Shown piece by piece: positions 43,357 through 51,631 of a DNA stretch of 51,631 nt. The position numbers and the translations under genes are program-made. Source of the DNA: a virus (taxonomy: Duplodnaviria; Caudoviricetes). Below the pieces are notes generated by a model. It saw nothing but the letters and a program-made list of their open reading frames with translations, searched no databases and had not been told where the DNA came from. The DNA is taken from positions 1-51,631 of IMG/VR virus record IMGVR_UViG_3300032282_002376; one strand, given 5' to 3'. Position 1 is the first letter of the stretch; each line of letters starts with the position of its first letter.

Positions 43357-44271
43357 ATGGCAGCCCCAATGCGAAGTACGGACTTTAGATCGATTGTTGA
43401 ACCAATCCTTAATGAGTCTTTTGATGGTGTGTACGACCAACGTGCAGATGAGTGGAGTCAAGTTTTCCGCGAGGAAAATGGTATTCCCCGTAACTACCAC
43501 GAAGAACCTGTTCTTTATGGTTTTGGCGCAGCTCCACAACTCCCTGATGGTACTCCTGTATCATATCAACAGGGTGGCGTGTTGTTCCTCAAGCGTTACG
43601 TGTACCAAGTCTACGGTCTTGCTTTCGCTCTAACGAAAGTTTTGGTTGAAGACGGCGATCACGTTCGTTTAGGTCAAATCTATGCCAAACATTTGGCACA
43701 GTCTTTGGTCGAAACAAAGGAACTGTTATGCGCTAACGTGTTGAATTATGCCTTCAACAGCTCTTATGCTGGCGGTGACGGTGTTGCATTGAATAGTGCA
43801 TCACACCCAATCGTGAATGGTACGTTCTCCAATATTCTGGCCACGCCAGCTGCCTTGTCACAGACTTCTGTTGAGCAAATGCTTATTCAGATCCGTCAAG
43901 CAGTTGACAATAACCAGAAAAAGATCCGCTTACAGCCATTGAAACTCGTTGTCGCTCCTGGCAATGTTTTCCAAGCTGAGGTAATCTTGAAGTCAGTATT
44001 GAGAACAGGTACAGCGAATAACGACATCAACCCAGTTAAATCAATTGGTTTGATGCCCGAAGGCGCTGCTGTTATCAGCCGTTTGACTTCAGCTACCAAC
44101 TGGTGGATTCAAACTGACGCACCAGAAGGCATGAAGCTCATGATGCGCCGTGGTTTGGAGAAAACTATGGAAGGCGACTTTGAAACTGATTCAATGCGCT
44201 ACAAAGCAACTGAGCGTTATATTCCTGGGTTTACCGACCCACGCGGAATGTACGGCACTCAAGGCGCTTAA
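43357..44271 (+). CDS. Major capsid protein (HK97 fold, Mu gpT-like)
   Basis: 304 aa; EP.LN..F...Y, GFG.AP...G, ETKE...ANVLN.AF, GGDGV.L....HP, GDFET...RYKA.ERY..G..D.RG.YG; followed by a terminator. Confidence 0.9.
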   Translation: MAAPMRSTDFRSIVEPILNESFDGVYDQRADEWSQVFREENGIPRNYHEEPVLYGFGAAPQLPDGTPVSYQQGGVLFLKRYVYQVYGLAFALTKVLVEDGDHVRLGQIYAKHLAQSLVETKELLCANVLNYAFNSSYAGGDGVALNSASHPIVNGTFSNILATPAALSQTSVEQMLIQIRQAVDNNQKKIRLQPLKLVVAPGNVFQAEVILKSVLRTGTANNDINPVKSIGLMPEGAAVISRLTSATNWWIQTDAPEGMKLMMRRGLEKTMEGDFETDSMRYKATERYIPGFTDPRGMYGTQGA

Positions 44272-44277
44272 ACCTTT

Positions 44278-44310
44278 AGGGGGAGGGTAAAACCTCTCCC
44301 TTCTTCTTTT
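44278..44310 (+). terminator. Rho-independent terminator after the capsid gene
   Basis: AGGGGGAGG-GTAAAA-CCTCTCCCT stem-loop followed by a T-rich tract. Confidence 0.8.
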
Positions 44311-44343
44311 AACATAGATCAAACTTTTCATGGAGTAACGATC

Positions 44344-45591
44344 ATGCCCCAATTTTCAGACGACTTGTTTTTAGGTCCCGCCCAAACAGCCATGGGTACA
44401 GGGATTCGCCCTTACACTACAACCGCAACAGGCGGTACAGGTAGCGTTTCTTCAACAACTTTAACGATTACAGCGATTAATCAAGGTGCTCCAATTGTAG
44501 TTGGTATGTACGTTGATGGTACGAGCGTTACTGACGGTACTTATATCACAGCATTTGTGAGCGGTACGGGTACAACTGGCACTTATACGCTTAATCAAGC
44601 TATTAACATCGCTAATACAACCGCATTGACGTTGCATGGAAACATCGCTTTTGATGACCCTGCTCCAATGGACTTAGGTGTTGGACCTGTCGGTCGCATC
44701 TATGTATGGGATATAATCCCCCAGGCATTAATAGCAAATAACATTGCTGCTTCTCAAACTCCAACATCAGCCTCTGGTTTAACTCTAACTGCAGGAACTT
44801 CTACTAAGTCAGTTGTTCGTAACGACGGTACTACTGTAATTCAGTTGGATTGCCCACGTGCTGTTAAAGTAACTACTGGCACTGCAACAGGTTCTACACT
44901 TGCGAGTGTTATTATCGCTGGAACTGGTGGACAAATCACTTTTACCTCTAATTCAAGCGTGTTTACTGGTCAACGTATGACTATCTCTGGCACTTTAGGT
45001 GGTACAGGTACGATTACAGGTTACACTAGTCCAACGACGTATATCTTGACTGCAGTAACTGCAACAAGCGCAACTTTGACAACTACCGCAGGTGCCGCAG
45101 TTGTAACTACAGCAGGAACACCAACAGGTTTGACTTACACTTTGGGCGCTGCTCCTCAAGTCATTACCGTATCTGGTTATGACTACTATGGTCAAGCTAT
45201 GAGTGAAGCGATTACCTCTTCAGCTGCTGTATCAACAGCTGTTAATGGTAAAAAAGCGTTTTTTCAAATTAGCTCTATCACAACAGCTGGTGCAACAGGT
45301 ACAGCATTAACAGTTGGTACAACTGATATTCTCGGTATACCAGTGCGCGTGTTTAATGTAGCCTATATCGCTAGTGTTAAAACAAACAGCACCTTGGCTC
45401 AAGATACTGGAACGTTTGTCGCTGCTGATACTGCAACAGCTACTACAACCACTGGTGACGTTAGAGGAACTTACGTTCCTGGTACAGCATCAGATGGTAT
45501 TAACCGCACAGTGATGGGTATTTTGTTACCTGGCATCGCGGTAGGACCCAATGCAACTCGCACTGGCGCTATCGGTGTAACACAAGCATAA
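44344..45591 (+). CDS. Virion structural protein (Thr-rich, head or tail fibre-like)
   Basis: MPQFSDDLFLG start; G.DYYGQ.MSE.I, GKKAF and ATTTTGDVRGTY motifs. Confidence 0.65.
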   Translation: MPQFSDDLFLGPAQTAMGTGIRPYTTTATGGTGSVSSTTLTITAINQGAPIVVGMYVDGTSVTDGTYITAFVSGTGTTGTYTLNQAINIANTTALTLHGNIAFDDPAPMDLGVGPVGRIYVWDIIPQALIANNIAASQTPTSASGLTLTAGTSTKSVVRNDGTTVIQLDCPRAVKVTTGTATGSTLASVIIAGTGGQITFTSNSSVFTGQRMTISGTLGGTGTITGYTSPTTYILTAVTATSATLTTTAGAAVVTTAGTPTGLTYTLGAAPQVITVSGYDYYGQAMSEAITSSAAVSTAVNGKKAFFQISSITTAGATGTALTVGTTDILGIPVRVFNVAYIASVKTNSTLAQDTGTFVAADTATATTTTGDVRGTYVPGTASDGINRTVMGILLPGIAVGPNATRTGAIGVTQA

Positions 45592-45605
45592 CCTAGGAGT
45601 TAATC

Positions 45606-46235
45606 ATGGGACAATTTAAACCAATGGTAAAGATGGAGACCACAGAGCCTTCAGTTGAACTGAAACTCAAAAAAGGTGGGCATGTTAATCGTTTCGCTAT
45701 GGGCGGTAACGTAGAAAAAGAAGTTAAGATGGTTGAAAAAGAGTTGAAGCACCACGAAAGTGAAAAAGCTTCTAAAGCTCACCACGGTCTTAAAAAGGGT
45801 GGAGCAGTTAAACCGATGACTGCAGGTATTGAGGGACCAGGTTATAAGCACGGCGGTAAAATCATGCACAAAGCAGATGGAGGCGCTATTAAAGGCGTCC
45901 GCGGAAGCGAACCAAAAGCTACTAAGATGGTTGTTGAGCGCATGGTGCAGAATAAAGCCAAGGGTGGCAGTATCGCTCCTTTTGAAAACAAGCCCCATGA
46001 AGCTAAGCAAGTCAAATCTTTACACACTAAGACTGGCGGTTTAGAAGGACCAGGATATAAAGGTGGTGGTAAAATTATGAAGAAGAAAGACGGCGGTTCT
46101 ATCAAGAAGTTTGAATCTGATATAAACGGCTTCACTTCACATAAAGGCGGTAAGAAAACTGGAGAGATCAAACAAGCTCCCGCAGGTTATAAAACAGGCG
46201 GTATGGTTCGAACTTCTAAGAACTGCAATTACTAA
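45606..46235 (+). CDS. Lys-rich protein built of K-x-GG repeats
   Basis: About ten [KA]xGG-x-[VI] units; AGGAG RBS. Confidence 0.75.
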   Translation: MGQFKPMVKMETTEPSVELKLKKGGHVNRFAMGGNVEKEVKMVEKELKHHESEKASKAHHGLKKGGAVKPMTAGIEGPGYKHGGKIMHKADGGAIKGVRGSEPKATKMVVERMVQNKAKGGSIAPFENKPHEAKQVKSLHTKTGGLEGPGYKGGGKIMKKKDGGSIKKFESDINGFTSHKGGKKTGEIKQAPAGYKTGGMVRTSKNCNY

Positions 46236-46241
46236 TAAGAT

Positions 46242-46264
46242 GGGAGCTGCGGCTCCCTCTTTTT
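46242..46264 (+). terminator. Rho-independent terminator
   Basis: GGGAGC-TGCG-GCTCCC followed by TCTTTTT. Confidence 0.75.
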
Positions 46265-46275
46265 AAGGAAAAAAT

Positions 46276-47055
46276 ATGAGTAATAATGTAGTTTCGTCTA
46301 TAACTAGTAAAGGTGCGTATGAACCCTTTGAGCTTCAAGTTGCTCGAGGTCAGATCATGGGGCACTCCGCTGTAAATATTTTTGGATATAGCACTGCAGT
46401 AGGCTCTACAGCGCTCGGTCCGTTGTGGGAAGGTTTAACACTATCTGGCGGTGCGTACACGTACCCCAGTTCTGCGTCAACACTTACAATAGTTAGTGAT
46501 TCTGCATCAGATACTTCTGCTTTGAGCGTTCAGATTCAAGGTTTAGATTCTGGATATAATGCGATCACAGAAACGATTGCAATGAACGGTACGACTAACG
46601 TAACTACTACAAAATCATTTTTGCGTATCAACTTGATGACTACGACTAATGGTTTAAATGTAGGAAACATCACTGCAAAAATCAGCTCAACTACATACGC
46701 TAAAATTGCCGCAGGTATCGGTCAAACTCAAATGTCTTTGTATACTGTGCCTGCTGGGTATACATTCTACCTATCGTATGTTCAAGCTGATGCTAGTATC
46801 GGATTTACTTCAAGTAATTATATGAAGTACGCTGAGTACAACAAAGATAATGTAAGCGGAGAAGTTAACCTTTTGAATCAAACAACATATGTTCAAAGTT
46901 TAAATATTCCTTACTCTTATCCAATTCCTCACACAGAAAAAACAGATATTCAGTTTCAAGTTCTTACAAACACTGGAAGCCCTTTTGTAGCTAATATCTA
47001 TGCAGGCGGTATTTTAATTCAGAACAATAACAACGTAACTGGTTCAGGTACTTAA
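46276..47055 (+). CDS. Virion-associated hypothetical protein
   Basis: PF.LQVARGQI.GH, IQGLD..Y....E, GQTQM..YTVPAG, EKTDI motifs. Confidence 0.65.
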   Translation: MSNNVVSSITSKGAYEPFELQVARGQIMGHSAVNIFGYSTAVGSTALGPLWEGLTLSGGAYTYPSSASTLTIVSDSASDTSALSVQIQGLDSGYNAITETIAMNGTTNVTTTKSFLRINLMTTTNGLNVGNITAKISSTTYAKIAAGIGQTQMSLYTVPAGYTFYLSYVQADASIGFTSSNYMKYAEYNKDNVSGEVNLLNQTTYVQSLNIPYSYPIPHTEKTDIQFQVLTNTGSPFVANIYAGGILIQNNNNVTGSGT

Positions 47056-47056
47056 A

Positions 47057-47605
47057 ATGCCAGCAAAAAGCCAAGCTCAGTTTCGTTTTATGCAAGCTGT
47101 AGCTCATGATCCTACTGTTGCTAAAAAGGTAGGAATGAGTGCTAGACAAGCTTCTGAATACACAGAAAGCAATGTAGGTAAAAAAGCCTATAAAAACCTG
47201 CCAAAGCACAAAGCTTCTGGAGGCGGTCTTTACGCTAATATTCATGCAAAACAAGAAAGAATCAAACACGGCTCTGGTGAAAAAATGCGTAAACCAGGTA
47301 GCCCAGGAGCTCCAACAGCTAAAGACTTTAAAGACTCGTCTAAAACTGAAAAGATGAAAGACGGCGGTCCCTCTTTATCTATCAAACGCGGTGAAATCTT
47401 ACCAGCATCTAAAGGGGCAGGGTTAACCGAAAAAGGTAGAAATAAGTACAACGCAGCTACAGGTTCACATTTAAAAGCTCCTCAACCAGAAGGAGGACCA
47501 CGTAAAAATTCTTTTTGCGCCAGGATGGAGCCAGTAGCTAAAAAAAGCGAACCAGGTAGTAGAGCTAGAGCTTCCATGCAAAGATGGAAATGCCCAAATT
47601 GGTAA
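47057..47605 (+). CDS. Basic multi-module phage protein (DUF6321-like C-terminus)
   Basis: MPAKS.AQ.R.M.A.AH module, GLYANIHAK..R module and GL..KGR......LKAP...R..SFCARM...RW.C module. Confidence 0.65.
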   Translation: MPAKSQAQFRFMQAVAHDPTVAKKVGMSARQASEYTESNVGKKAYKNLPKHKASGGGLYANIHAKQERIKHGSGEKMRKPGSPGAPTAKDFKDSSKTEKMKDGGPSLSIKRGEILPASKGAGLTEKGRNKYNAATGSHLKAPQPEGGPRKNSFCARMEPVAKKSEPGSRARASMQRWKCPNW

Positions 47606-47613
47606 TATAACAA

Positions 47614-48684
47614 ATGGCAGTAACTTATTCAGGCACTGTAGGAACAACGACTATCACGGTACAATCTATGATAGATCACGCTGCTCGCGTATCTGGAAAA
47701 GTAGCTGAAGAATTAACCATAGAGCAAGTTCAAGCAGCAAAAGAAAACCTCTTTATGCTATTGAACAATATCGCCAACATGGGTATCAACTACTGGTGTA
47801 TACAGAAAGCCGTTATAGGACTTATACCAGAAACTTTTGAGTATGTACTACCTCTAGGAACTATTGACGTATTAAACACAAACTTCAGAACAGTAACTCA
47901 GGTCACAGGCGGTGGGTACGCTTCATCTGGTAACGTATCTATCGCGTATAGCGGTAACCCTAGTCCTCAATCTGTATTTACGCAGAGCGCTCCAAATGGA
48001 TACGTAGCTATAAACACAGGTACTAACAACCCAACGTATATAGCTACAGTAGGTATTTTACCTTCTATTAATTTAACTACAAACATTTTAATTCAAAGCA
48101 GTCCAGACGGAACTACTTGGACAACTGTTTACGCTCCAGGATCAGTTTCTTGGGTCGCTAATACTTGGGTTTATTATGACCTAGACCCTAGCAGTTCCCA
48201 GTCGTATTGGCGCATTATTGAGACAGGTGGGGCAACTCTTCAGATGTTGCAGTTACAATGGGGTACAGCTCCTTCAGAAGTACCTCTAGCGCGTATGAAT
48301 AGGGATGATTATACAAACCTACCAAATAAACAGTTTCTAGGTAATCGCCCCCTACAATTTTGGTTTAACCGAACGATACCTCAACCTAAGATGACCGTTT
48401 GGCCAACTCCAAACACTTATATGCCTCAGTTTACTGCATGGTATCATAGACAAATTATGGATGTAGGATCGTTAAGCGGTAATTTAGAGATGCCTGATCG
48501 TTGGTTGATGGCTGCTAAATGGATGCTATCTCATCAAACCGCTATAGAACTCCCTGGAGTTGACCTTGCTCGTATACAGTACATTGAAGGTCAAGCTGAC
48601 AAGTACTTTATGCTAGCCGAACAAGAAGAACGTGATAAGTCACCTATCATGCTTGCACCTAATATATCACCCTACACGAGGTGA
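47614..48684 (+). CDS. Head-tail connector-like structural protein with inserted discoidin-like domain
   Basis: A.R.G...A...L..L....AN.GIN.W; central QSS.DG..W...YWRI; R.NRDDY..LPNK..RP.QFW..R...WP.P. Confidence 0.65.
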   Translation: MAVTYSGTVGTTTITVQSMIDHAARVSGKVAEELTIEQVQAAKENLFMLLNNIANMGINYWCIQKAVIGLIPETFEYVLPLGTIDVLNTNFRTVTQVTGGGYASSGNVSIAYSGNPSPQSVFTQSAPNGYVAINTGTNNPTYIATVGILPSINLTTNILIQSSPDGTTWTTVYAPGSVSWVANTWVYYDLDPSSSQSYWRIIETGGATLQMLQLQWGTAPSEVPLARMNRDDYTNLPNKQFLGNRPLQFWFNRTIPQPKMTVWPTPNTYMPQFTAWYHRQIMDVGSLSGNLEMPDRWLMAAKWMLSHQTAIELPGVDLARIQYIEGQADKYFMLAEQEERDKSPIMLAPNISPYTR

Positions 48685-48685
48685 T

Positions 48686-49036
48686 ATGCCCATATTTCTT
48701 GATACTCGCGGTAACTCCTCATTAAGCATCTTTATCTGTGATCGCTGTAAAATGAAGCGAGCGTATGATGAGTTGCAACCTGATGGTAATTTACCTGGCA
48801 TCAAAGTATGCCAACAGGGTTGTAGTGATCAGTTTGACCCGTATCGTTTAGCTCCAAGACAACCAGAAAAAATATCTATACGTTTTCCGCGTCCAGATGA
48901 TAGTATTGCGGTCAATCCAGACGCTATAATAACTAGTAATCCAGATAGCCAATGGGCTCTTTCACCTGAACAAAATGTGCAGACTCCAGAGAACAATGGT
49001 AATCTGGATACACTTAGCCCCTCAGCAGGACAGTAA
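48686..49036 (+). CDS. Small Cys-containing structural-module protein
   Basis: ATG 48686 after GAGG; ICDRC...VC...C.D...PRPD. Confidence 0.65.
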   Translation: MPIFLDTRGNSSLSIFICDRCKMKRAYDELQPDGNLPGIKVCQQGCSDQFDPYRLAPRQPEKISIRFPRPDDSIAVNPDAIITSNPDSQWALSPEQNVQTPENNGNLDTLSPSAGQ

Positions 49037-50659
49037 ATGGCAAATGTACAAATATCGCAGCTACCTTCAGCCACTGGTTCGTTAACTGGAGCTGAACTTG
49101 TACCTATCGTACAGAATGGGCAGACCGTTCAAACCACGGTGGGAACTATCGCCAGTTCACCAACTCAAACGCAGACTTTTCTAACAGTTGGAAATCAATC
49201 TACACTAGCAAATAGTCGTTATCTAGCTACTAGCGCTGGCCTTTCTTTAACTGATGGAGGAGCGCAAGGAACATACACAGTCGGTTTAACTGGCGCTGCT
49301 TCTTCGTTACTTTCGTCACCTGTTGGGATACAGGTTAAAACAAGTACAAACACGTTAACCAGTGTATCTTTAGCAGTCAGTAATGGGCTATCTATCGCCA
49401 ATGCTAACGGTACGACGGGTAATCCGACGATATCGTTATCAGGTTTGATGTCTAATATAGCCTCTCAAACTGGCACAGGGTTGCTAGCCATCGCTGGAAC
49501 TTCAGCTACACCAGTTACTATAACAGGGACATCAGGTCAAATTTCTGTAGCAACTGGAAACGGCTCAGGGGGTAACCCAACCATTAGCCTAGCTACAACA
49601 GCTGTCACTCCCCAGTCTTACACCTATGCTAATATTACAGTAGACGCATACGGAAGAATAACTGCTGCGTCTAGTAATGTAGCAGCAACTGGAACCGTAA
49701 CTTCTATCACCGCTGGGTCAGGTTTAACAGGCGGTACAATAACGACCTCGGGCACTATCGCGTTAGCAACGGTAGGTACGTCAGGTACTTACGGTACAGC
49801 AAGCCAAGTACCTGTTATTACAACAAACGCGTACGGGCAAGTTTCCTCTGTAACAAATACAACAATCGCAATATCTGCATCACAAGTTACAAGTGGTACT
49901 CTGGCTATCGCTCAAGGTGGTACAAACTCATCATCAACTCCAACGGCAGGAGCTGTAGCTTACGGCACTGGAACATCTTTTGCTTTTAACCTTGCAGGTT
50001 CTCCAGGACAAGTTTTAACAAGCCAAGGTGCAGGAACTCCAACGTGGGCTACAGTTACAGGTACGGGTACTGTGACCACAGCCTCTGTTGTAACTGCAAA
50101 TGGCTTTGCTGGAACTGTAGCAAATGCAAGTACGACTCCAGCGATAACGCTGACAACAACGATAACAGGACTGCTAAAAGGTAATGGAACCGCAATCAGC
50201 GCTGCTACTTCTGGTACAGATTACGCTCCTGCAACCTCAGGCACATCGCTTTTGTACGGAAACGGCTCAGGCGGTTTCAGTAATGTAACTATCGGGACTG
50301 GTGTAACTTTTGCGGGTGGTACGTTATCAGCTACAGGTACAGGCTCTGTAACTTCCGTAGCAATGACGGTCCCCTCATTTTTGAGCGTTACAGGTTCACC
50401 TATCACAAGCTCAGGTACATTGGCGGTGTCGCTATCTGGCGTTGCGTTACCAGTAGCTAATGGAGGTACAGGCGTTACAACAACGCCAGCGAACGGCTCT
50501 CTATTGATCGGTGACGGTACTGGGTATACAAACGCAACATTAACAGCAGGTACGAATATAACCATCACAAACTCAAGTGGCGGTATTTCAATCGCGTCTA
50601 CAGGTGGCGGTTCATCAGCTGTATCACAAGCGTATGCTTGGTTCATATCAGGAAGGTAA
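49037..50659 (+). CDS. Tail fibre protein
   Basis: Thr/Gly repeats, ITVDAYGRITAAS, GTVTS, L.IA.GGT units. Confidence 0.75.
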   Translation: MANVQISQLPSATGSLTGAELVPIVQNGQTVQTTVGTIASSPTQTQTFLTVGNQSTLANSRYLATSAGLSLTDGGAQGTYTVGLTGAASSLLSSPVGIQVKTSTNTLTSVSLAVSNGLSIANANGTTGNPTISLSGLMSNIASQTGTGLLAIAGTSATPVTITGTSGQISVATGNGSGGNPTISLATTAVTPQSYTYANITVDAYGRITAASSNVAATGTVTSITAGSGLTGGTITTSGTIALATVGTSGTYGTASQVPVITTNAYGQVSSVTNTTIAISASQVTSGTLAIAQGGTNSSSTPTAGAVAYGTGTSFAFNLAGSPGQVLTSQGAGTPTWATVTGTGTVTTASVVTANGFAGTVANASTTPAITLTTTITGLLKGNGTAISAATSGTDYAPATSGTSLLYGNGSGGFSNVTIGTGVTFAGGTLSATGTGSVTSVAMTVPSFLSVTGSPITSSGTLAVSLSGVALPVANGGTGVTTTPANGSLLIGDGTGYTNATLTAGTNITITNSSGGISIASTGGGSSAVSQAYAWFISGR

Positions 50660-50662
50660 ATA

Positions 50663-51568
50663 ATGTTAGTCTTAGACACAGTAAATAAATCTATAACAGT
50701 CGCTATGTCTGGAGCAGCTGCTACAACAAATCCCGATTTTGTAACAGCATACTCAGATGATAACGGCACTACTTTTGTTGAGGGCTCTAGTGATGGAGCT
50801 CTAAATGGTACGAGCCAAGTTACTCTTGTATCAGCTCCAGCAGCTTCAACGCGTAGGCTCATTAAATCAATTTACATTGAAAATAAAGACACTGCGGCAG
50901 TCACTATTACAGTCACTTTGAATAGCTCAAGCACTTTACGTACTATTGCTAAAGTAACACTTCAAGTTGGTGATACTTGGTCAACTGATGGCACAACAGA
51001 TACAAACGGTAATATAAAAACAGTGCAAGGCGCTGTAAGTTTAACTACAGGTGTAACTGGGATTCTTCCAGTTTTAAACGGCGGTACTGGAGTCACGACT
51101 TCAACAGGGTCTGGCAATACTGTATTAAGTACAACACCCACCTTGATAACCCCAATCTTGGGGACACCTACAAGTGTTACGTTAACAAATGGAACAGGTT
51201 TACCTATTTCAACAGGTGTCAGCGGTTTAGGAACAGGCGTAGCAACTGCCCTTGCAATTAACACTGGCTCATCTGGTGCGGTTGTAGTGAATGGGGGTGC
51301 TTTGGGTACACCATCTAGTGGAACATTAACAAACGCCACAGGCTATACAACTGTTAATTTATCAGGCACTATAACAAACGCACAATTGGCTAATTCTACA
51401 ATTTCAGGCATATCTCTTGGAAGCAGCTTGGCTAATTTGACAGCAGGTTCAGGAATAACTTTTAGTTCTGGAACTACTTACAACGGCTCTACTGCGATCA
51501 CTATGACTGCAAGTGGCGGTGTTTCAACAGGTAAAGCCATTGCAATGGCGATGATCTTCGGATTCTAA
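50663..51568 (+). CDS. Tail fibre-associated protein
   Basis: LPV.NGGTG, LGTP.S..LTN.TG repeats; C-terminal GKAIAMAMIFG. Confidence 0.7.
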   Translation: MLVLDTVNKSITVAMSGAAATTNPDFVTAYSDDNGTTFVEGSSDGALNGTSQVTLVSAPAASTRRLIKSIYIENKDTAAVTITVTLNSSSTLRTIAKVTLQVGDTWSTDGTTDTNGNIKTVQGAVSLTTGVTGILPVLNGGTGVTTSTGSGNTVLSTTPTLITPILGTPTSVTLTNGTGLPISTGVSGLGTGVATALAINTGSSGAVVVNGGALGTPSSGTLTNATGYTTVNLSGTITNAQLANSTISGISLGSSLANLTAGSGITFSSGTTYNGSTAITMTASGGVSTGKAIAMAMIFGF

Positions 51569-51578
51569 GGAGTTTTAA

Positions 51579-51631
51579 ATGGCAAATCCTAATATAGTAA
51601 GCGTAACCAAGATATATGGCAACTCAAGCTA
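51579..51631 (+). CDS. Start of a further tail-module gene (MANPNIV...), truncated by the window
   Basis: AAGGAG RBS; open frame to the window end. Confidence 0.6.
   Translation, partial: MANPNIVSVTKIYGNSS

Noticed and set aside
49037-51568. Diversity-generating retroelement acting on the tail fibres
   Set aside because: No reverse transcriptase and no TR/VR pair seen; repeats are protein-level Thr/Gly units
1-51631. Prophage, tRNA genes, integrase or repressor
   Set aside because: No host genes, att-like context, recombinase motifs or cloverleaf sequences recognised; a tRNAscan run would be needed for certainty

Overview
The window looks like most of the genome of a ~52-55 kb tailed dsDNA phage with P22/APSE-like short-tail gene content; the small-gene content resembles freshwater betaproteobacterial phages, which is only an impression. 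Both ends cut genes. The + strand late arm wraps around the window ends: 33802-51631 holds TerS, TerL, a double ADP-ribosyltransferase-like protein, portal, GroES-like chaperone, scaffold, capsid and fibres; 1-11040 holds holin, lysozyme, tail and ejection proteins. The - strand arm (11014-32860) holds small early genes, an SF2 helicase, primase-polymerase, family A DNA polymerase and a Sak4/SSB/Cas4-like/RuvC-like recombination set. The main result is a compact thymidine-hypermodification operon (17631-21992): dUMP hydroxymethylase, clade-1 and clade-2 aGPT-Pplase genes, two tandem P-loop kinases and a DenV-like glycosylase. An HD hydrolase plus DUF1599 pair sits apart from it. The PLP, radical-SAM and flavin tailoring enzymes of the M6/ViI/PaMx11 pathways are absent from the window, so the final base may be new. 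Other signals: near-total CCGG avoidance, a repeat-rich 940-bp non-coding region, a 610-bp GC-rich island free of AAA/TTT ending at a probable packaging site, and a K-x-GG peptide motif shared by five late proteins. All calls are motif recognition by eye; no searches were run.
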